The translations under genes were made by a program, and so were the position numbers. From Clostridium sp. CAG:138 (GTDB taxonomy: Bacteria > Bacillota > Clostridia > Christensenellales > CAG-138): a DNA stretch of 61,646 bases. Below, piece by piece: positions 56,168-61,646 of this stretch (its first letter is position 1; the number at the start of each line of letters is the position of its first letter). Where the stretch lies: positions 8,107 to 69,752 of the forward strand of contig FR879692.1 of NCBI GenBank assembly GCA_000435055.1, in the 5' to 3' direction. The notes beneath the pieces were generated by a model. The model made no database searches and was not told where the DNA came from. It saw only the letters and a list, made by a program, of their open reading frames with translations.

Positions 56168-57937
56168 ATGAAAAATAAAACAGACAATACCGCGAAAAAA
56201 TCAAACCTGAAGCGTTTTGCTTCCTATTATAGGCCGCATATCGGCATGTTCACTGTCGATATGCTTTGTGCGTTGTTCATTTCATCCGTGGACATCGCCT
56301 ATCCCCTGCTGTCCAAACTGGCACTGGATCGCTATCTTTCCGCAACCGCGCCGCAATACCGCCCGTTTTTCATCCTTATGGCGGTATGTTTCCTGCTTTA
56401 TATCCTTCGCACCGGTGCAACATATATCGTCACGGCACTCGGGCACAGACTCGGCGTTCATATTGAGGCCGATATGCGCCGCGATGCTTTCACGCATCTT
56501 CAGCAGCTCGGCTTCAGCTTTTATGACAAGTCACGCACGGGCAAATTGCTGTCGCGCTGCACAAACGATCTTTTTGACGTTACGGAGCTTGCTCACCACG
56601 GTCCGGAGGATGTTTTCATTTCCATGCTGACATTCATCGGCGCGTTTGTTGTAATGCTCACAATAGAGTGGAGGCTTGCTCTCGTTCTTATTGCCGTCGT
56701 TCCTGTTATGTTGATTTTCGTTATGAATCTGCGGAAGCGCATGAGCCGCACCTCGCGTAAGGTCAAAGAAGGCATGGCGGTTATCAATTCGCAGATCGAA
56801 TCCTCCATAAGCGGCGCACGGGTTGCAAAAGCCTTTACAAATGAGGATTATGAGATTTCAAAATTCGAACAGGGAAACGGTGTCTTTGTCAACTCCAAGT
56901 CTGCGTATTACAAAACTATGGGCATGTTTATGGCGGGAATGGAGTTTTTCACAACCATTCTCAATGTCATTGTGCTTGCCGTGAGCGGTGTGCTTATTAT
57001 GAAAGGCGAAATGACGACAACGACGCTTATCATCTTTATGATGTATATCTCATCGTTTGTTACCCCGATACGCAAGCTTTCCGCATTTGCGGAGCAATAC
57101 ACAATGGGCATGGCCGGTTTTAAACGATTCACGGAGCTGCTCGATACAGAAGCCGAGATTCAGGATAAACCCGATGCAATCGAGCTCAAAAACGTTAAGG
57201 GTGACATTGAGTTCAAAAACATTTCCTTTGCGTACGGTTCCGGCGGCAATGTGCTTGAAAACATTTGCCTCAGCATCAGGCACGGACAGACACTCGCGCT
57301 TGTCGGTCCTTCCGGCGGCGGCAAAACCACTCTTTGCCACCTTTTGCCCCGTTTTTATGATATAACCTCCGGCAGCATCACCGTTGACGGAATTGATATT
57401 CGCGATGTTACGCTTTCATCACTGCGCCGCAATATCGGCATCGTTCAGCAGGATGTGTTTCTTTTTGCCGCGAGCATCAAAGAAAACATTCGTTACGGCC
57501 GAATCGATGCAACCGATGAAGAAATCGTGCAGGCAGCCGTTGCGGCGGAAATTCACGACGATATCATGAAGATGCCCGACGGATATGACACCATCGTCGG
57601 CGAACGCGGCATAACGCTTTCCGGCGGGCAGAAACAGCGTGTTTCCATCGCAAGGATTTTTCTGAAAAACCCGCCGATTCTCATTTTGGATGAAGCAACA
57701 AGCGCATTGGATTCCGCAACCGAAGCGCGCATCACGCAGGCATTCGACAGGTTGAGCAAGGGCAGAACAACGCTTGTTATTGCGCACCGTCTCTCCACAA
57801 TCCGTAACGCGGATGAAATTGCCGTTGTTGACGAACACGGAATTGCCGAAATGGGAACCCACGATGAACTTCTCGCCGCCGGCGGCGAATATAAAAAACT
57901 GCACGAAGCGCAAAACAGGTTTTACGTTTCTGTCTGA
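56168..57937 (+). CDS. ABC transporter, fused permease/ATP-binding protein (MsbA/exporter type)
   Basis: 589 aa with 6 TM helices. Walker A GPSGGGKTT, signature LSGGQKQR, Walker B ILILDEATSALD. Confidence 0.9.
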   Translation: MKNKTDNTAKKSNLKRFASYYRPHIGMFTVDMLCALFISSVDIAYPLLSKLALDRYLSATAPQYRPFFILMAVCFLLYILRTGATYIVTALGHRLGVHIEADMRRDAFTHLQQLGFSFYDKSRTGKLLSRCTNDLFDVTELAHHGPEDVFISMLTFIGAFVVMLTIEWRLALVLIAVVPVMLIFVMNLRKRMSRTSRKVKEGMAVINSQIESSISGARVAKAFTNEDYEISKFEQGNGVFVNSKSAYYKTMGMFMAGMEFFTTILNVIVLAVSGVLIMKGEMTTTTLIIFMMYISSFVTPIRKLSAFAEQYTMGMAGFKRFTELLDTEAEIQDKPDAIELKNVKGDIEFKNISFAYGSGGNVLENICLSIRHGQTLALVGPSGGGKTTLCHLLPRFYDITSGSITVDGIDIRDVTLSSLRRNIGIVQQDVFLFAASIKENIRYGRIDATDEEIVQAAVAAEIHDDIMKMPDGYDTIVGERGITLSGGQKQRVSIARIFLKNPPILILDEATSALDSATEARITQAFDRLSKGRTTLVIAHRLSTIRNADEIAVVDEHGIAEMGTHDELLAAGGEYKKLHEAQNRFYVSV

Positions 57938-57968
57938 AGAAATCAAACTGCAAAAGGAGTCCTAAATT

Positions 57969-58571
57969 ATGAAAATACCTAAGAATGTGAACGTCGTCAA
58001 CGATTCGTACCGTACACTGAGTGAACGTGCCATCATGCTGCGCAACACGCTTGAAAAGCTCGGTTACAATGTTGAATGGGGCTATTACGATCGCCACACC
58101 GTTACCGTGAACGGGGACAACTTTCTTGAATACTATCCCATCCCCATTCTGACCGTGAACGGAATCTGCGATATTGCCGTTGACTTTTTGCAAGTGTCGA
58201 TCGACGGCAAGCTTTTCGCCGCCGAGTTTGAAGAAAAGCTCGATTTTGCAAAGCTTAAATCACACGGGTTTGAATGCTACGGCGTTGAGAACTATCTTGA
58301 AAGGCTGTATGTTCCCGGAATGAGTTTTGAGGAACTTGTTCAAATCGTCCGCGTCTGCGGCGAATCCGAAATCGGTGTTGCGGCAGCGTTCGAGGGTGAG
58401 CCGCTTACGAAAGAAATCCTTGAGCTTATGCAAGTTTTCATCAGCATGGGCACACACACCGAAGCGCACAGCCCGATTGACGAGGGCGATGAAACCGAAA
58501 AAAACGCGCTGAACGGAATCGATGAAAGCACTCCGGCTTTTCAGGTTGCGGATGCGCTGTTAAACGAATGA
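57969..58571 (+). CDS. hypothetical cytoplasmic protein
   Basis: 200 aa. RBS AAAGGAG. No motif recognised. Confidence 0.55.
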   Translation: MKIPKNVNVVNDSYRTLSERAIMLRNTLEKLGYNVEWGYYDRHTVTVNGDNFLEYYPIPILTVNGICDIAVDFLQVSIDGKLFAAEFEEKLDFAKLKSHGFECYGVENYLERLYVPGMSFEELVQIVRVCGESEIGVAAAFEGEPLTKEILELMQVFISMGTHTEAHSPIDEGDETEKNALNGIDESTPAFQVADALLNE

Positions 58572-58595
58572 TGTTTTTACATAAGGAGAGGAAAA

Positions 58596-59615
58596 ATGCT
58601 TAACTATATTCTTGATGAACTGAAGAAAATTATGGCAATAGACAGTCCGAGCGGATTCACGCGCAAAGCTGCGGATTACATCATGCAGCAGCTCCGCGAG
58701 TTCGGTTTTGAGCCCGAGCTTACCCGCAAGGGCTGTGTGCTCTGCTGTCTCGGCGGCGAAGGCAGCCCGGTTGTCTTCTCTGCACATATTGACACCCTCG
58801 GCGGAATGGTATCCGAAGTCAAGAGCAACGGAAGGCTTAAGCTGACCCGCATCGGCGGCATGAACGCAAACAACGCCGAATGCGAAAATGCACGTGTCTA
58901 TACCCGTGACGGCAAGGTTTTTGAAGGCTGTTTCCAGATGAACAACCCTTCCGTTCACGTCAACGGCGAATACGACAGCCAGAAGCGCAGCTACGATAAC
59001 ATGGAGCTTGTGCTTGACGAAAAAGTGTTTTCCGCCGACGAAACAAAAAAACTCGGCATTGCAACGGGCGATTATGTCTGCTTTGATCCGCGCACAAGAA
59101 TCACCGAAACAGGCTATATTAAAAGCCGTTTCCTCGACGACAAGCTCAGTGCGGCGATTCTCATGGGCATTGCAAAGGCAATTAAAACAGAAAAGCTTTC
59201 TTTGACCCGCAAAGTTTACATCTATCTCACCGTATTTGAAGAAGTCGGCCACGGCTGCTCAAGCGGTATTCCCGCCGATGCCGAAGAGATCATCAGCGTT
59301 GACATGGGCTGCGTCGGCGACGGACTTGAATGCAAGGAACATCAGGTTTCCATCTGTGTAAAGGATTCACACGGTCCGTATAATTACGATGTTACGTCCC
59401 GTTTTGTTGAGCTTGCAAAGAAGCATAATCTTGATTACGCGCTTGATGTCTATCCCTTCTACGGTTCCGATGCGGATGCGGCACTTGATGCCGGTTACGA
59501 TCTGCGCCACGGACTTATCGGAGCGGGAGTTTACGCTTCCCACGGATATGAACGTTCCCACATTGACGGCGTAAAAAACACTTATGAACTTGTAAAGGCC
59601 TATATTACCGAATGA
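58596..59615 (+). CDS. M42-family metallopeptidase (glutamyl aminopeptidase/endoglucanase-like)
   Basis: 339 aa. Motifs SAHIDTLG, FLDDKLSAA and TVFEEVGHG. RBS AAGGAGAGG. Confidence 0.85.
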   Translation: MLNYILDELKKIMAIDSPSGFTRKAADYIMQQLREFGFEPELTRKGCVLCCLGGEGSPVVFSAHIDTLGGMVSEVKSNGRLKLTRIGGMNANNAECENARVYTRDGKVFEGCFQMNNPSVHVNGEYDSQKRSYDNMELVLDEKVFSADETKKLGIATGDYVCFDPRTRITETGYIKSRFLDDKLSAAILMGIAKAIKTEKLSLTRKVYIYLTVFEEVGHGCSSGIPADAEEIISVDMGCVGDGLECKEHQVSICVKDSHGPYNYDVTSRFVELAKKHNLDYALDVYPFYGSDADAALDAGYDLRHGLIGAGVYASHGYERSHIDGVKNTYELVKAYITE

Positions 59616-59981
59616 TTCAATGCGACTTTCTCCGAATCATTTGATTCCCAAAAAAAGAATATAACCGCCGACAGCTGCGGTTCGAGCTTCATTGTTCCGA
59701 AGTTCCGAATCGCAGTTTTGTTTTTCAAAGTGAGAGATATTTATTTATTAACGCATTTTCTGCATTACTGAGTATAATTTTAGTTTGAATTGTGGCAAAA
59801 CTGTTAACAAACGGAAATTGCGCATGTTCCTGAATTGCGCCCGATACGACTGCTGCGTATAATAGCAGGGTAATCGGCGGAACACTGCACGATCCGTACG
59901 GACGAATGCAGCCGGCGTTTATATCCAAACAGATTGTTTAGTCATTCACCGGAATGATTTTATTGACCGAAAGGAGATTCT

Positions 59982-61427
59982 ATGGATAAGGTTCAATATT
60001 ACCGCAGAAAATCCCTGCCCCTTGAGATGCACAAGATTTGCATCGTTCAAAAAACACGCATCCCGTCCGTTGAAGAACGCGTCAGCGCAATTCGCGAAGC
60101 GGGCTTCAATTCATACTGCCTCCGCAGCGAGGATGTTTACCTCGACATGCTGACCGACAGCGGCGTCAACGCAATGACCAACGAACAGCTCGGCGCGATG
60201 ATGGTCGGCGACGACAGCTATGCCGGCAGTGCAACCTATTATCGCCTTGCTGCCAAAATCAAAGAGATTTTCAACAAGGATTATTTTCTTCCCGTTCATC
60301 AGGGCCGCGCATGTGAACATATGCTTGCGCTTGCGTTCGTGCAGCCCAAGCCCGGTTCGATCGTTCCGATGAACTTCCAGTTCGGCACCTCCGTCGGCAA
60401 AATAAAATACTGCGGCGGCGACTACGTTATCTGTTTGCAGGAAGACGGGCTTAACAGGCAGAGTTCCAACCCGTTCAAGGGCGATTTCGATCTTGAAAAG
60501 CTTGAGCGCGTGCTCAAAGAGCAGGGCGACAATATCGCCTTCGTCCGCATTGAATCCGGCACAAATCTCATCGGCGGCCAACCCATTGCGCTTGATAACA
60601 TGCTTGCAGTATCCGAACTGTGCAAAAAATACGGAGTGCTTTCCATTCTTGACGCAAGCCTGCTTCAGGACAATCTGTACTTTATCAAAACCCGCGAAAC
60701 CGCCTATTCCGACAAGAGCATTCGTGAAATCGTGCGCACCCTTTCGGACGCAATGGACATCATCTATTTCTCCGCACGCAAACTCGGCTTCGGCAGGGGC
60801 GGCGCAATCATTCTAAATGACAAAAAGCTCTTCGAGCATATCAAAACCTTCGTTTCAAGCTTTGAGGGCTTCCCCACTTTCGGCGGCATGAGCGTTAAAG
60901 AGATGGAAGCTATCTGCGTCGGTCTTGACGACACAATGGACGAAAACATTATTGCTCAGGGCCCGCAATTCATTGAATATCTCTGCAACGAGCTTGAAGA
61001 TGCAGGCATTCCCGTTGTCACACCGCCCGGCGGTCTCGGCTGTCACCTCGACGCAATGAAATTTGTTCCGCATATCGCCCGCAAGGACTATCCGGCGGGC
61101 AGCCTTGCAGCTGCAATTTATATTGCTTCCGGCGCAAGAGGCATGGAGCGCGGAGCAATTGATGAGCCGTGGGATGATGCGGATGTTGAGCCCTACGGCG
61201 CAATGGAACTCGTTCGCCTTGCCGTGCCGCGCAGGGTATACACCGTTTCGCAGATGAACTATCTCATTGACCGCATCTGCTGGCTGTATGACAACAGGGA
61301 GCTTATCGGCGGACTGAAGTTCGAAACCGAAGGACCGCACAATTTCTATGACAAGCTGAATTCTGTGTCCGACTGGCCGGAGAAGCTTGCAGCAAAATTC
61401 CGCATGGATTTCGGCGACTCGCTTTGA
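59982..61427 (+). CDS. beta-eliminating lyase family enzyme (tryptophanase or tyrosine phenol-lyase)
   Basis: 481 aa. DMLTDSGVNAMTNEQLGAMMVGDDSYAGS and the PLP-Lys context FSARKLGFGRGG. I cannot separate TnaA from TPL by eye. Confidence 0.85.
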   Translation: MDKVQYYRRKSLPLEMHKICIVQKTRIPSVEERVSAIREAGFNSYCLRSEDVYLDMLTDSGVNAMTNEQLGAMMVGDDSYAGSATYYRLAAKIKEIFNKDYFLPVHQGRACEHMLALAFVQPKPGSIVPMNFQFGTSVGKIKYCGGDYVICLQEDGLNRQSSNPFKGDFDLEKLERVLKEQGDNIAFVRIESGTNLIGGQPIALDNMLAVSELCKKYGVLSILDASLLQDNLYFIKTRETAYSDKSIREIVRTLSDAMDIIYFSARKLGFGRGGAIILNDKKLFEHIKTFVSSFEGFPTFGGMSVKEMEAICVGLDDTMDENIIAQGPQFIEYLCNELEDAGIPVVTPPGGLGCHLDAMKFVPHIARKDYPAGSLAAAIYIASGARGMERGAIDEPWDDADVEPYGAMELVRLAVPRRVYTVSQMNYLIDRICWLYDNRELIGGLKFETEGPHNFYDKLNSVSDWPEKLAAKFRMDFGDSL

Positions 61428-61542
61428 GCCGCATCCGACCGTCGGAATTGCGGGCATGCTGATTGAATTCCCTTTCATAAAAGCGAATTGGTCAGCACAT
61501 TCCTATTTTTAATACGCCATCTTCTCATTACCTTTACCGAGC

Positions 61543-61589
61543 AACACCGCCCACCGGAATTTTCCGCGGGCGGTGCTGTTCATTTTTTT
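61543..61589 (+). terminator. intrinsic terminator after the lyase gene
   Basis: CACCGCCC / GGGCGGTG stem (61545-61575), followed by CTGTTCATTTTTTT. Confidence 0.6.
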
Positions 61590-61646
61590 CTGTCGAACGA
61601 CAGCATATACCGAATTGCGGCCGAACTATTAAGAAAATATGGCCAA

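Noticed and set aside
59824-59941. tnaC-like leader peptides upstream of the lyase gene (12-codon ORF at 59824-59862 and 11-codon ORF at 59906-59941).
   Set aside because: Neither has an RBS or any Trp or Tyr codon. The evidence is insufficient.

Overview
This is a 61.6-kb, densely coding chromosomal segment of about 50% GC by eye. It appears to come from a spore-forming, dockerin-encoding member of the Clostridia, possibly Oscillospiraceae or Ruminococcus-like; that taxon call is inference only. Most of the window is housekeeping or metabolic: tadA, aroQ/aroE, T-box-controlled leuS, rplM-rpsI, ldh, an ABC exporter, an M42 peptidase and a tryptophanase-family lyase. It also encodes secreted and surface proteins: a partial S8 protease missing from the ORF track, a dockerin-bearing cysteine peptidase, and a GLUG-repeat protein coupled to an MMPL transporter. 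Four things stand out. (1) A 10-gene ldh-hdrBCA-flxDCBA operon ends in a soluble fumarate-reductase-like FeS/flavoprotein pair and is a candidate undescribed electron-bifurcating complex. (2) A solitary cas6 has its own strong promoter and a roughly 280-nt hairpin-rich leader, with no CRISPR array or other cas gene anywhere in the window. (3) An AT-richer, decaying accessory islet lies at about 40.0-44.9 kb. It holds an ORF interrupted by an in-frame TAG, a 610-bp ORF-free tract, and a DNA methyltransferase pseudogene with three lesions. (4) Two reading-frame problems sit on homopolymer tracts (A7 at 28953-28959, and an A9/T9 run at 26808-26816). I recognised no rRNA, tRNA, transposase, integrase or CRISPR array by eye. 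All family assignments come from motif recognition in the supplied translations, not from database searches.
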